From Octopus vulgaris (lineage: Eukaryota), in contig OX597818.1 in NCBI GenBank assembly GCA_951406725.2, positions 38,068,001 to 38,132,000 of the forward strand: DNA of 64,000 bases, given 5' to 3'. Below the pieces are notes generated by a model. It did not search any database and had not been told where the DNA came from. It saw only the letters and a list, made by a program, of their open reading frames with translations. A program made the translations under genes and the position numbers. Below, piece by piece: positions 12,471 through 26,271 of the stretch. Numbering within the stretch: the stretch's first letter is position 1; every line of letters begins with the position of its first letter.

Positions 12471-13352
12471 TAGTCTTCATTCACAAGAATGGCAGTGTGG
12501 TTATGGAGTTCATTTTGAAAATATGTAATTTCAGGTTAGATCCTATTGTGTGGTACCTTGGGCAAGTTTCTTCTATCATAATCTTGGATCAACCAAAGCC
12601 CTGTGAGTAAAATTTAGTAGCTGGAAACTATGTGGAAGCCCAGTGGACTGATGGTTTATTTTTGTTACTGAATGGTAACATTAAGTGTCACTTAGTTTCC
12701 CTTCCCATTTGATCCAGGTGTGTCTTTAGCTGAGTCCACTCAGTAGAAAGTATTCAAGCCAGGCCTTGGTCTGAGTATAACTATCGCTATTCCTTCTCAC
12801 TAATCTCAGATCTTGAAAAGTGAAGTATCATAGACACTGCTATTCCTTGTCTGTACAAGCCGTTAAATTAAAATAAAAAGTGCCTTATATAATCTTATAT
12901 GTGTACATGTGGCTTCTTAGGTTAGTATTGAATTCATAAACATTTATTTCATGCAGTGTTTTAATTCACAATGTTAAAGGTATACATGTACCTGTGTATG
13001 TGCAAAGCATCAGAGAATAACAGAACCAACAAAACTAGGCTGAATAAGAGAATTCCAGACAAAAAAGAGGAAGTCCTGTAGGTGTTTAGCCCCCAGATCA
13101 GCCCTGTTCACAAATTGCTTTAATCAAACATTTTGCAGATTTGACCATCTCATATTTTTAGAAGTGGTCAGAACTATATCATTCAATATGTCATCTTGTT
13201 TTTCAAGAAAGTAGGATATCTTTGACTATTATTTTCAGCAGAGTAAGTAATCAACAGAGTCCTATGTGGCAGACTTACTTCAAAGGAATCAAAGGCCAGA
13301 ATGAAAATGGGAAATAAGAATGATAAAAAAATGTGCCAGCTTAGTCTATTAT

Positions 13353-13598
13353 TGGCACGTAAAAAGCACCAACTGATTGTGGCCGTTGCCAGCCTCGCCT
13401 GGCACCTGTGCCGGTGGCATGTAAAAAGCACCCACTACACTCACGGAGTGGTTGGCATTAGGAAGGGCATCCAGCTGTTGAAACACTGCCAAATCAGACT
13501 GGAGCCTGGTGCAGCCTCCTGGCTCCCCATACCCCAGTCGAACCGTCCAACCCATGCTAGCATGGAAAACGGACGTTAAACAATGATGATGATGATGA
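13353..13598 (+). mobile_element. RTE-LINE 3' end
   Basis: Same 3' terminus and (GAT)n tail as the other copies. Confidence 0.8.
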
Positions 13599-14131
13599 GT
13601 ATAGATTGATTATTAAAAGACTTTCCCTATCAGAATTTTCCAAACATAACCATTATCATTTTCATGATGTTGCATCTACTTTTTCCATGATGACATGGGT
13701 TGGATGGGACTTTTTTGAAGTAGTTATTTATGCCTTCAGAATTGCCAGATCACGGGATTTCACCCTGCTATGGGTTCGTCAGTCACAGATATCCAGCAGC
13801 AAAATAATAGCTAAATCTCTTGTCAAAGATGTATGGAATCTCAGATGTATTGACACACTGGTATCACAAATAGAAAGTGGAGTTTTAAAAAAATTAATAG
13901 CAACAGAAGCAGTATAAATACCAAAAGATAATCTTGATCTCCAACTTAACATGGAGGTTGTGTTAGAAAACAGAATACTGTGTTACCTTTTCAAGATAAT
14001 ATTTTGGTGTTAATATTGCTTTTGTCACTCTGTCTTCTTTTTTCACATTTTTCACATTCCCAAGTGTCCTAATACACCTGCTTGTTGTTCATATACCTGT
14101 CTTCGTCTTTTGTTTTTCTGTAAATTTCAAC

Positions 14132-14185
<54 letters not shown>

Positions 14186-14187
<2 letters not shown>

Positions 14188-14415
14188 GGGTTAGCCAGAG
14201 GTCATCCAACAGTAAATCAAAATTCCATAAATGATATCTGTAACTCTGTATTGACTCGAATGGAAAAATGTGTCACTCAAGGACTTCAGTTTGAACAATT
14301 TTCATAATGTTTCATATTTAGATGCTTTTATTAAATTCGTTCAGTTGTTAAACATAAATAAATCTTGGAATTAAATGGTTTTGATTTACTGTCAGGTGAC
14401 TTTTGGCCAACCCTG
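14186..14415 (+). mobile_element. Tc1/mariner-type internally deleted element (MITE)
   Basis: TIRs cagggttagccagaggtcatccaacagtaaatcaaaa / ttttgatttactgtcaggtgacttttggccaaccctg, followed by TA; internal RMEKCVTQGLQFEQF resembles a transposase C-terminus. Confidence 0.75.
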
Positions 14416-14443
14416 TATGTATATATGTGTGTGTGTGTATACA

Positions 14444-14501
<58 letters not shown>

Positions 14502-14502
14502 T

Positions 14503-14709
14503 CATCATCATCATCGTTTAGCGTCCGTTTCCCATGCTAGCATGGGTTGGACGGTTCAACTGGGGTCTGTGAAGCTGGAAGGCTTCATCAGGCCTAGTCA
14601 GATCTGGCAGTGTTTCTACGGCTGGATGCCCTTCCTAACGCCAACCACTCCGTGAATGTAGTGGGTGCTTTTTACGTGCCACCCGCACAGGTGCCAGACA
14701 GAGCTGGCA
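14503..14709 (-). mobile_element. RTE-LINE 3' end inserted in (TA)n
   Basis: catcatcgtttagcgtccgtttcccatgctagcatggg. Confidence 0.8.
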
Positions 14710-15699
14710 TATATATATATATATATTCTTTTATTTGTTTTAGTCATTTAACTGCAGCCATGCAGGAGTACCGTTATTAATCAAACAAATCAATCCCAGG
14801 ACTTATTCTTTGTAAGCCTAGTACTTATTCTACCGACCTCCATTGCTGAACCACTAAGTTATGGGGATGTAAACACACCAACATCGGTTGTCAAGTCTTA
14901 TTCATTTGCAATGTTCAAAGAAAATGTCTGGTTTGGGCTGTTTGTTATCTGAAAGTCCAGGAGAAATATTAGTTTACTTGGAAACAGGTGAGGGTTGGCA
15001 ACAAGAAGGGCATCCAGTCATAGATATCAACCTCAATGAATTTCGTCAGGCACAGTGCATGTAAACATGGAAAAGTAGAGGTGGTGATGGCAGTGGCAGT
15101 GATGATGATGATGACAGTGATGAATAATGTCTTTGCTAATCCAATTTTTTCACTTTATGTATTTTTTCTTCAAGTAACAGAAAGGAAAATCTTAATTAAA
15201 CATAGAAACCGTCAAAGGATTTGTTCCCTCTATTTGTAGATCAACTTTAGTTTGCAGCATATTTTGTCACATTTTTTGGAAAGTAGGTTGTATTTTATAA
15301 GGAAACAACCACCATTCACATATTTTTAACCAATATCTGTATTTACATAAGCATCTAATCCAATCCAACATCAGAAGAATACACAAACACATTCACACCA
15401 GTCTAATACTTGATTATCTTTGAGTTCACTGTGTTACAAGCATTCAGACCAGACTTTCAACTTGGTTCCCTCTCCACCTACATTTTTCCTGCAAATGTTC
15501 ACTTGCAGATGTTTATATTGGGCATCAAGAGTATCAATCTCACCCAACAAAGGTCTGGAATATTCCCCCACCTCTTCTGACTAAAAACAAAATACCATAA
15601 AAAAAAAACACAAGCTAAAAACAAATAAAATGAAGTCACATCAACCAAATATATTTGAAACAAAATTTTTGGTCCATGCAGCCAGTAATAAATAAGAGA

Positions 15700-16120
15700 C
15701 TCTCTCTCTTTACTCTTTTACTTGTTTCAGTCATTTGACTGTGGCCATGCTGGAGCACCGCCTTTAGTCGAGCAAATCGACCCCGGGACTTATTCTTTGT
15801 AAGCCCAGTACTTATTCTATCGGTCTCTTTTGCTGAACCGCTAAGTGACGGGGACGTAAACACACCAGCATCGGTTGTCAAGCAATGCTAGGGGGACAAA
15901 CACAGACACACAAACATATACACACACACTTACATATATATATATACACATATATACGACAGGCTTCTTTCAGTTTCCGTCTACCAAATCCACTCACAAG
16001 GCATTGGTCGGCCTGGGGCTATAGCAGAAGACACTTGCCCAAGATGCCATGCAGTGGAACTGAACCCGGAACCATGTGGTTGGTTAGCAAGCTACTTACC
16101 ACACAGCCACTCCTGCGCCT
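15700..16120 (-). mobile_element. Family-A SINE, young full-length copy
   Basis: Near-identical to 37062-37467. Confidence 0.9.
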
Positions 16121-17184
16121 ATGTAAAAAAGATAATGTCTTTAAACTGATTTCGAAGCAAAAATAAAATGCTTATCTGTTTGTAGGAGTAAAAGAGGATT
16201 CCAGTAAAGAAAAGAAAATATATCTAGACAGAAATAACTACCTAAATGTAATAATGTGCTGAACTATAAACAAAACAGTATCAGTAATTAAGAGAAGGGT
16301 AAGATATGACATTAAGCTAATATTACACATTAAGAAATCTGAAGCTATTTGGATGAGCGACTCAAGGTTTGAGAGTGAGTGGAGGAGAGAAAACAGCATA
16401 AGATGGAGATAAATAAGATACCAAATGTGTTCAGCTAATGTTTTGTTATTGGCTGATATCAATTTTCATAGAATGTATTTTTCCCAGCATTTATTAAAAA
16501 TACAAATGGCAACATAGTTAGCAATTTGTTTGTACTAAAATGTAATCTGTTGTGTTAGTAAAACATCTGGCTCAAAATGACTTATTGGTTTATAATAGCA
16601 TTGTGGTTAATAATACATTACAAGCAGTGTAGCTTGTTAATCAGATAAACAATACTGAGATATGCAAATTCACCTAACACAGCATTTCTTTTTAACTGGA
16701 ATGTCACAGTAGCAAAAACTTATACTATATGATTTGAAGTTGATATTATTGGAAAACAGCTGACTGTTTAAGAGTTCAGGGTCTGTGAATCCCTGACACT
16801 AAACAATGCTTCTATTTATCCTAATTGAAAAATATTCAGCTGTTCACACTAATTGTTAGTTATACTAACCCAATCCTTTCAATAATATCATATTCTTGCT
16901 TTGATGAAAATGAGTATTGGAGCCTAGATTAATGAGTACACATAGAAACTGGATGATTGTGATTCTACTTCTCAGTATATGCAATCACATGACCCCCTTA
17001 TTTTAGCTCAAACATCTTGTAAACAAGAAATACAATGTGATACAGCCAACATAAAAAGCAACTGAGATTAAATTATGCATAATACCAAACAGTATCTGAG
17101 TAAATATACTGAATCTTGCAGTGAAGATTATTTGGATTGAATTTGTTTTGGAAGCTAAAGTCAAATGTGTAAAGAATGTATTCT

Positions 17185-17616
17185 TCTATATCTATAAAAC
17201 AGTCCTTGGACGAAAATTGTATGCACGTTTTGCTTTGACGGTTAATGGCAGCCAAACCGAGGCTAGGATTGAGCTGAAAATTGGCAGGGATACTAAATGT
17301 GTGGTGAGGATGAGACCCGCAATGGTTAAAATTCGCAAGCTATAAAGATGTGGTTGCTATAGCAAAAAGAGTGATTTTTTATCGATTCATGGGGGCCCAG
17401 AGCTCCTCTAGGTTTGTGCAATTGGCTTTTAATGCCCAGCGCCATGCACCGCAAGCTGTTTTGCTTAATAAACATACATTTTGTCGTGAAATTCCAGCTA
17501 CTAGGAAACGATTTTTCATTGTGAAAAAACGAGTGCTTTTTGCTCTCATTTTCTTTTTAATTTTTAATAAAATTTTCGCCCGAGTAGACCTGAATGAAAT
17601 CGGGTTATAATACTAG
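17185..17616 (+). mobile_element. Non-autonomous Helitron
   Basis: 5' TCTATATCTATAAAA; CpG-richer body; subterminal hairpin acctga..tcgggt followed by CTAG|T. Confidence 0.65.
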
Positions 17617-18099
17617 TTTCCATATATTTCCAGGCATTTTTTAAAGGTCTCTAAACAAACAATTATTTCTAACTACTTAGATAATGAACCTGTTGAACCT
17701 GAGTTGATAAAGAAGTTATATATGTTCGCCCAATATGCTAAAGGTAGCAACTTAATCACTCTCAAGCTACTATCTGTTAAAAAAAAACACATTGCACAAT
17801 GTAGTCCCTTACATACAAAATGACGAGATGTTCGTGGCTACAATGCTTTTTATTATAAATCTGCTTGGTCAGGGTTAGGGGGTTAAACAACAACAGCAGC
17901 ATTTTTTTTTTCCTAGGAATAGTTGCCCTCAATATATTGGTGCCTTCACCAGAAGGAAGATAATTCTCTCATATGTTTAATGCTTAAAGAAACTTAAAAT
18001 TTGCTTCTTAGTTGGAGAAAGAAAACAAAAACCTAACAGCATCTCTCAAAAGCAGGAGAGATAATTTCAAAGAAAGACTAGGAGTATCATGGTATTGTC

Positions 18100-18434
18100 C
18101 ATTTTTTTATCGATGGATCCCTTTGATTACTATTTTATTCCGGTGGACCCCCTCGCCATTTGATGTTTAAAAACTAGTTTTATAGAAACTTCATTCAAAA
18201 TTCCTATTTTGCTTTTCACACATTAACTAGTGTAGGTTGAACTATGTAAAATGTTAGAGAAAGAAACCCAGCTGTTTCTTGCAATGAATACCAATACATA
18301 CATCTAAAGCAAAATATTTTCAGGGGTCCTTAAAATATTACTGTGGATCCATAGTTTACTATTTTGTTGCATGGACTCACAAAAATTTTATATGAACCCT
18401 CAGGGGACATATGGACCCTGGTTGAAAACGACTG
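18100..18434. mobile_element. hAT-like MITE remnant
   Basis: One end reads ggttgaaaacgactg (reverse CAGTCGTTTTCAACC, hAT-like TIR) with recurrent ggaccc/ggatcc subterminal motifs; the other TIR was not found. Confidence 0.4.
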
Positions 18435-19773
18435 AATAATCCTTAAGACAGACAGATGCAGGTAGAAGTGACTCAGAAAATAGAAGTGGTGGCCCATAAA
18501 TATTGTTGTGTAGAACGTCCAGCAAATGTCCAAACAGCAACTTATATCTTAACAACTGACTTGCTTTCTACTAAAACACACTTTTACACACACAACTTTT
18601 CCACCCATACACTCACTCACACCATTTTTACATGTACACACCACACACCACCCACATTCACAATCCATACACTCACATACCATAACCTATCCTACACTAA
18701 CATGCCTCAATTTCTCTCACACACACACACACCACCCATTAACATTATGCCTTACTCAACCTGCACACACACACACACTTAATTCACTTTATTTACTTCA
18801 CTAGCCATCACCTGCCACTCAAACACACACATATGCACGCACTATAAGATGTCTTGCATACACACACCTACACACACACAAATACCACCCATTATCATGT
18901 TACCTCTCACATCATACACATAAACACCTCCATGCTCACACACAGTTATACAAACATACTTAACATATACTTGAATTCACCATACACCCTTCTATCACAT
19001 TTCTTGTCACACTTATCCCTCCTCTCACCCATTCACTCATCTCTCTCTGTTCTTTTGTTTTATTTTGGTTTTTTTGCCTCTTTTGTTTTTATCCTACCTG
19101 GATATTATTTACTTGGATATCATCTCTACAGATGATATTTTCACTTCTATCAGCACGCCAATTCAATTATCACAATACCAGTTGTTATTTTTTGTTGGAA
19201 AGTTAATAACACCACCACCACCTCCACCACTGTTATCTTTACTACCACCAACACCACTACATTTATATGCTGCCCCATCAGTTCTGCTCCACTACATCTG
19301 AAGACTTAACACAAACAACGGTACACTATTAGTGTAACACACAAGATATGTTGCAATTATTGCTGTTTTAAACAATGAAAATTAACTAATATTTCTGCTA
19401 TAACTAACATCATTATATATAGAAGTCAAAATGGGAGGTTTTATATTGTGGTTTGCCCTTCTAGAAATAGTAACTTTGAATTTACACAAATAGTCTTTGC
19501 AAAAAATAGGACTGGAGGTATAACAAACTAAAATATTTGAATTTTATTTTGCTTGTTGTGAAACCAAACTTTTTTGTGTTAGCAAAAACATGCTGGTGAG
19601 TTCCATATGAGGTATTTATTATTGTTTTCTGTTAAGACTAGAGTCTACATTGAACCAGTAAAATCTGTATTTCAACTGCAGCAAGACTCCTGGCTATCCA
19701 CCAGTAATGGACTGATTTAGCAACAGATTATTCTTAAAACTACTTCCTATATTAGTCAATAATGTTATTTTAA

Positions 19774-19966
19774 CTCTTGATACCAACCTGCCTGAAGCAG
19801 ACTGTAGTTCTATGATGCAAGCTTCCCATTTTAAAATTATCTAAATAAAACCTTCAATTAAGATGCCATGCTAATTTATGTTTCAAACCCAGCTTAATAA
19901 TGACAGTTATTTTCCTGAATCCTTTACTTTCAAAATCAACTGAAACAAAAGTATGTAACAAAAGAG
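19774..19966. mobile_element. Diverged piggyBac-like MITE
   Basis: TTAA on both sides; body similar to the copies at 35357, 39716 and 53063. Confidence 0.6.
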
Positions 19967-20555
19967 TTAAAAGATAGTGCAGACTGCATTTTACTCACTT
20001 CAGTATTTATTGACAAGCTTTTCAATCAGTTACACTGCTGTATAAAAACACTTTTTTAGTTTTTACTTGCTGGTTCTAGAGAAAGAGGTAATACCTATGA
20101 CCTTTACAAGCCATCCAAGACCTGTGAAACTGATGCAGGAAAAACATAAGCAGGGTGAAGATTCCAGGGGACTAATGTTCTGAGAAGAAAGGACTGGGTA
20201 AAGTGGTTACAGAAGAGTCTAAGGGATCAGGTGCTACACCAGTGATGAGAGGAGATATGAGCATGTTGGGAGTATCTGAATGCAGGTAGCACAAGACATG
20301 CACATTACATTTTACACTCTACACAGTTTTAAGTACATGGGACTGATATTGCAAGTCTGCAATAAATGAAGACTATATCATCATCTACACTTGTCAAGGA
20401 ACATAAATTAACTTTCTTTACCAAATGCCATGTCACCACTTTCACAGGGAACATCAAGCTGAAAGTCTTATTTTTACTGAAAGAACTTCATATTATTTTT
20501 GGAATGCCTAATATTAGATTTATGTTTTTGAGGATCAGCTATGAAGTAACAGTCT

Positions 20556-20589
<34 letters not shown>

Positions 20590-20605
<16 letters not shown>

Positions 20606-20877
20606 GGTATCCTGTTTGTCTCGGGAGACAATGGAGTTGCACATAAAATAATCTAGTCCGGCTTTTACATTTCATGTCCTAACACATCTCCTGCTGTGGC
20701 TGTGTAGTCCTATCCTGGACAAACACTCCCTCTGGCAGGTGCCGCAAATGTAGCGAAGACTTTGCCTGGCTTGTGGTAATGTCATAGTTTCTTGTTGATG
20801 TCTTTCCTTGTCTTTCCATTTCTCCTCTCTCCCTCTGTCACTCCTTTGTGTTCCCTTTTTTACAGTACATCGCTTTT
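20590..20877 (-). mobile_element. RTE-clade LINE 3' end with C-terminal zinc knuckle and (CAA)n tail
   Basis: Minus strand YICGTCQRECLSRIGLHSHSRRC*, then cattgtctcccgagac..caacaacaacaa. Confidence 0.75.
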
Positions 20878-21853
20878 ACCTTTCATGTTCCACCAAACAC
20901 AGAGCAAGGATTTTCATGGATGGAGTTTTGGTTTTGGTGTCAGCGCTGGCCTTTCATTACATGATAACCATTCTCTTTCGTTTTCTGTTGTGATGCAAAA
21001 CCCATTTTTCATCACCTGTAACAATGCACTGCAGAAATGACAGGTTGTTATTTCTGGTTAGAAGACTGTTGAAGATTGTTGTTGTTGTTGTTGTTAAGCA
21101 ACAAGACGGGTAAGGGTGATTAGGTGATGGTCCAAGACTTAGGGGTGGGAGACTCCAGACCTTGGAAAAAAAATTTGGTCATCTTGTTGTTGTTGAGGGC
21201 TCTTCATTGACACCCAACACCACTGGGAGGTGGCCCTCGAAGTCACTGGAAATAGAGATCTCCAGGTCCAAATTCTTGAACGGCTGCTGCAGGTGGTGGA
21301 ACATTGTGTTCAGTTCTCAAGCATAAGCTCATGTGGAACCCAAATTCCCTCTTTGCATGTTTTCCCAATTTACTTGAGATATTCGTAGATAGTTGAACAC
21401 GATACATTAAATTTTTGCACCAAATCTCTGGTGCTTTGATGTAGATCCAACACAACAGTCTCATTCAAAAGGTTGTTATTTGGAGTGGGCCATCTTCCAG
21501 AGCAAGGTTTGTTGGACATGTCACAATCACCATCTTTAAATTTTTTAAACCACAGCTGACATTTACAAGCTTTTACTGCATCCAGATACACTTTACAAAT
21601 GTTTTTCATTGCTTCTGTAGTGGTACTTTTCTTTCGAATCTCATACAATAAACAATGGTGAATATGTTGTTTCATAGTTCTTATCCTCCATGGGGTTAAT
21701 TACCAAAATAACTATGAATGACACACTGCCAGATAGAAGAGATGATATACTATTTCTAGACAGTTCCCATGCATTCATCCTTGGCTATGACATGATTGGT
21801 TGATTCATATTTCATAGTGGTGAAAAAATGCAATTATTTTCTGAACATCCTAA
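20878..21853 (-). mobile_element. Mariner transposase pseudogene (left TIR, HTH and start of the DDD domain), interrupted at ~21078-21300
   Basis: TA+TTAGGATGTTCAGAAAATAATTGCA end; ORF 21370..21675 HIHHCLLYE..WFKKFKDGD..SGR; resumes as SLLTRN..FLQCIVTGDEKWVL...PKLHP..LLCVWWNMKG. Confidence 0.88.
21078..21300 (-). mobile_element. Unclassified (CAA)n-tailed retroposon 3' fragment inserted into the mariner
   Basis: Interrupts the transposase frame between TEHNV and IFNSLLTR; ends in (caa)n on the minus strand. Confidence 0.5.
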
Positions 21854-22461
21854 TACATAAATGGATTGCTAGTTTCCCAGAATCTATTATCAAATGAAAC
21901 CAAGTCATCAAACACACACACACATGCATGTGACAGGACCACAATTTAAAATAGGGCTGCTACCACCACATTAACATCTCTAGGGGTAAGATATATTATT
22001 CTGCTTACTTTGGTCAACCTAGTTGAAAAATAGTCACCACCCCTCCTTTACAGTTGAACTGGGTAGTATTCCAGCACCCTGTTATGTAAACAGATCTTCC
22101 AGAAATATATTTTGTTACAGATATTTTTATGATACTAAGTATCTCCATCTGGATTTTAGATTACAAGATATACATACGGTAGATGGATTGAAAGTATGAT
22201 CATCAGTGAATATATGCAATAAAGGAATATTTCAGGGGATATTTGGGTTAGTATATTCACCAATAGGAAATGATTTAAGCTATTTTTAAACATAATATTT
22301 CAGTTTTGAAAAAAAAACATTTTCATTTTTTTTATTTAGTTATATATCTATTTTTCCCTCCTATTCAAATTCTAAAATTACTGCTACATTGTAAAAAAAA
22401 ATTATTCTCAAATATGATTTATTACAACCACTCCTTTTCTGTTATATTACTATATTTAAAG

Positions 22462-22779
22462 ACTCCGTCGGTTAAGACGACGAGGGTCCCAGCTGATACG
22501 ATCAACGGAACAGCTTGCTCGTGAAATTAACGTGCAAATGGCTGAGCATTCCACAGACACGTGTACCCTTAACGTAGTTCTCGGGGATAATCAGCGTGAC
22601 ACAGAGAGTGACAAGGCTGACCCTTTGAAATACAAGTACAACTCATTTTTGCCAGCTGAGTGGACTGGAGCAACGTGAAATAAAGTGTCTTGCTCAAGGA
22701 CACAACGCGTCGCCGGGAATCGAACTCACAACCTTACGATCATGAGCCGAATGCCCTAACCACTAAGCCACGCGCCCTC
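22462..22779 (-). mobile_element. tRNA-derived SINE, family C (CORE-like), young
   Basis: Minus strand ggcgcgtggcttagtggttaggg..gagttcgattccc..gtgtccttgagcaagacacttt; tattactatat repeated on both sides (TSD). Confidence 0.85.
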
Positions 22780-23979
22780 ATTTTATTACTATATACCCAA
22801 TTCTTAAATGGTAACCACATTTTCTCTTTGCATTCTCTCTTTTCAAATATTGCATTCATAATATATCACTTTTTCTCTCTTTACAAATTGTAGCTGATGC
22901 TAAAGAAATCTTCTGATTCTAAAAGTATGAAATGTTCTAAATTGCAGTTAGTGAAATCATTATTTGATTGCTGTCTTCATGGTCAAGAAGGTACTTATGT
23001 TTTCCATTTTTAATCAGAGGAAGAAGAACTTAACCTTTTTTAGGGTCACTGAGATTGAAGATAGAAAGTTAATAGGAACTATGATTCAAAGGTCGCTGCA
23101 ATAAGAAGCAGCACTTTACAATATTGAGGTATCCTCAGGCTAGAGACCTTGTCCAATAGACCCTGCTGAAAGCAACCAAAAGCCAGATAACTGGGTGACA
23201 AATTAAGACCACCACACAAAAACTGATACAAGCCGTTCAAAAGATTTCTGCAGTTTCCTGCTACATAATTTTACTCACTGCAATGCCTATGGTAGAAGAC
23301 ACTTGTGGATTTGATCCCAAATATCTAGACAGCAAGATGAAACTCAGAACCATGAGAATGTGAAGCTAATTAATTAACCTCATCACAATATCACAAAAGT
23401 AAAGAAGCTTAACTTTCAATGATCAGTTTATCAAGCAGTAAATATGCACCAAGGTAAACTATATATAGTTTGCTCCTATACACAATTGTATAAACACGGC
23501 TTTGATAACTCTCAATAGTAGGACCACATTTTCCCATAAAAAAAGAGGACAAGATGTGGATATCTTGAGTAGCTAAGACATACCAAAAGCAATGTTGTAA
23601 GGATTCCCTTACAGAAACAATTAATCAATCAAGACTAGCAGTAGCCAAATGTATACTATCTCATGTGCTACGAACTTAATTTTCCAAATTCTTAACCAAA
23701 TCAACGTAAGTGAGTCATACTTAGAAAGCTAACCAAGTGATAAGATTCATTGATCTCATAAGGTGTTAGATTTAAACCAGAATGATGATGACTCCATGTA
23801 GGTCAAAAGACAAGATTTTGTTGTTCTGAATTTCTCAATAACTTATAGATCAGAGTTCAAATTCAACTACAATAAGCAAAATCAATTCATCCATCCAAAA
23901 CTAATACAATAAATTACCATACCAAGACCAGTGAAATTGATGTCATTAACCTTCTGCTTAAACAGTTGCAAAAAAATCA

Positions 23980-24905
23980 TGAGCAAAAAATGAATTCCAG
24001 AGGACCAATATTCTAGTGAGGAAAGACTGGATGTATTGGTCCCAGTGGGACCTGAGGGAGAGCCGAGAAGAACAGAGTGGATTTACTATGATTGGTCAAT
24101 AGAGAGGGCACAAAACTGACTGGCTTTAGGACAGCAGCCATTGTAGTTGCAGCCAAAAAAGCAAAGAGGAGTCAGCATATCTGTGAGTCAAAGACTGTAT
24201 CAATCAGGAACTTCATACCAAACAGTCAAGTAGCTTTACTTTAAATGTAAACTAGAAAGTCAGTGTGTAGTAGCAGCACCATCTTATATTTATAGAAGCA
24301 ATACTCCATTATTGATCTCAATTGGGCTCTTTACAAAATTAGTAACTGATGGGAGTAGGGGAAGTATTTTTTTACCCTGAGTAAGAAAGCAGTCTTTCCT
24401 CTGTCGGGTGAGCTTCTCACTGATGGTGAGTCGGAGCATTTATAGCAATCTTGAGACATTCTAACTGAGTGTTGGTCATGTTTCGTGGAGTAGGTGTGAT
24501 AAGGTTTTTTTTCATATATTTTTTAGTGATTGTATATTTTTGTTAAGAAGACAAAACTGATATAACCCCACCAGGGGATGTAGGTTTAGTTTGAGGTGTG
24601 TAGATTCATGTGAATTCTATTAGCATGCTGAAGGTTAGAGAAGAATGAAGAGTGATATCATCTGCATAAGATTGAAGACTGTTGATGGTAAGAACTTGCA
24701 GGTCATTGATGCATAGAGAGAAGAGTGTGAGGGGTGAAACTGAACTTTGGTATATAACCAGAGTTGATAGAGTGTGGTGTCAGAGAAAGCTCTATGAGCA
24801 AATGCTGTGATAGTACAGTTTGACAAGAAGATCCAAGAGACAAGAGACTGATGGAACTCTTGGTTAGACAGTGTTGCAAGGATATTACATAAAACAGCAC
24901 TAAGT
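23980..24905 (-). mobile_element. Degenerate CR1/Crack/Jockey-like LINE ORF2 3' half
   Basis: Minus strand SLCINDL, QSYADDITLH (RT catalytic YADD) and QSFLTRILVLWNS; related remnants at ~15300-15540 and ~20140-20330. Confidence 0.75.
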
Positions 24906-24912
24906 CCTAATT

Positions 24913-25250
24913 TCATCATCGTTTAACGTCCGCTTTCCATGCTAGCATGGGTTGGACGTTTTGACTAAGGTCTGGTGAACCAGATGGCTGCACCAGACTC
25001 CAATCTGATCTGGCAGAGTTTCTACAGCTGGATGCCCTTCCTAATGACAACCACTCTGAGAGTGTAATAAGGGCTTTTATGTGCCACCTGCACAAGAGCC
25101 AGTCAGGTGATACTGGCAATGGCCACATTCAAATGGTGCTTTTTATGTGCCACCTGCACAGGAGCCAGTCCAGCGGCACTAGCAACGATAATAACCTTGC
25201 TCAAATGTCTTTCACGTGCCACCCACACAAGTACTAGTAAGGCGACACAT
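24913..25250 (-). mobile_element. RTE-LINE 3' end
   Basis: catcatcgtttaacgtccgctttccatgctagcatggg plus internal repeats. Confidence 0.8.
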
Positions 25251-25555
25251 AAAGTAAACCAACAGCCAATGTTAACTGATATGTATGTATACCAACATCC
25301 AAAGTTAAGTTAACCACATGTAAACTAACAGTCCATAATTTGTCCACATGCAAACCAACAGCCAATACTAATTCATCCACATGTAAAAGCTATAGCAAAT
25401 GCTAATCTATCCACAAATACTAATCTGTCCTAGCTACAGCCATTATCTACCCACATGTAAAACTATAATCAATAATAATCTACCCACATGTAAAACTATA
25501 ACCAATAATAATCAATTTATGGATAAGCCAACAGCTAATACTAATCCATCTATGG
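25250..25555 (+). repeat. Degenerate ~30-nt minisatellite (ccacatgtaaa..acagccaata..)
   Basis: Recurrent ccacatgtaaaacta/aaccaacagccaat units; explains ORF 25399..25608. Confidence 0.65.
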
Positions 25556-25969
25556 AAAGGTCTAATAACGCGAATGCCTTTGACAATCAAGAAGTCTTCA
25601 AAGGTTGATGCTTAGATACAGTTTTGTGACATTGAGTGGAGAGAGAAAAATCTCCTTCTGGATAGGACACTAGTATATGCCAAGTTAGCATTCTCAGAGG
25701 TTCTGGTTATTGCCAGTAACTAAGTGAACTGGAATATTTACAACAAAGTCTCAGCAGTGATTTGAACTCAAAACCTTTAAGTTGGTAATTCAATAGTATA
25801 TCATCTTTTCCAGTTATTTTGATTCTGAAATTCATATGTAAACCAGTAGCCAATCAATGTGTAAATTAACAGCTAATTATGATCAGCTTATCTGTGAAGC
25901 AACATACCATGCCAACAAACAATAACCAACATTAGATTACCAATATGTGACCAAAAGCCAGCAACAATG

Positions 25970-26271
25970 TTTGTTCCTTCTCGAGCCATGCCTGGCTCAT
26001 AAGGGCCGGTTTCTTGGTTTCCTTGGCGTATAGGTTCCCCACCTGGACAGGACGCTGGTCCGTCACAGGTGAGCTGCAAGATGCAGAAGGAAAGAGTGAG
26101 AGAAAGTTGTGGCGAAAGAGTCAGCAGAAGTTCGCCATTATCTTCTGCTGGAGCCGCGTGGAGCTTAGGTGTTTCGCTCATAAACACACACATCGCCCGG
26201 TCTGGGATTCGAACCAGCGATCCCTCAACCGTGAGTCCACTGCTCTAACCACTAGGCCATGTGCCTCCACA
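25970..26271 (-). mobile_element. tRNA-derived SINE, family D (V-domain-like 3' part)
   Basis: Minus strand ggcacatggcctagtggttagagc..ggttcgaatccc; gacggaccagcgtcctgtccagg; 12-bp TSD ccagcaacaatg. Confidence 0.85.

Noticed and set aside
22700-22779. tRNA gene calls at SINE heads (also 26195-26271, 6880-6951, 60272-60345)
   Set aside because: A/B boxes are present but there is no complete acceptor stem, and each continues into a SINE body, mostly with TSDs.
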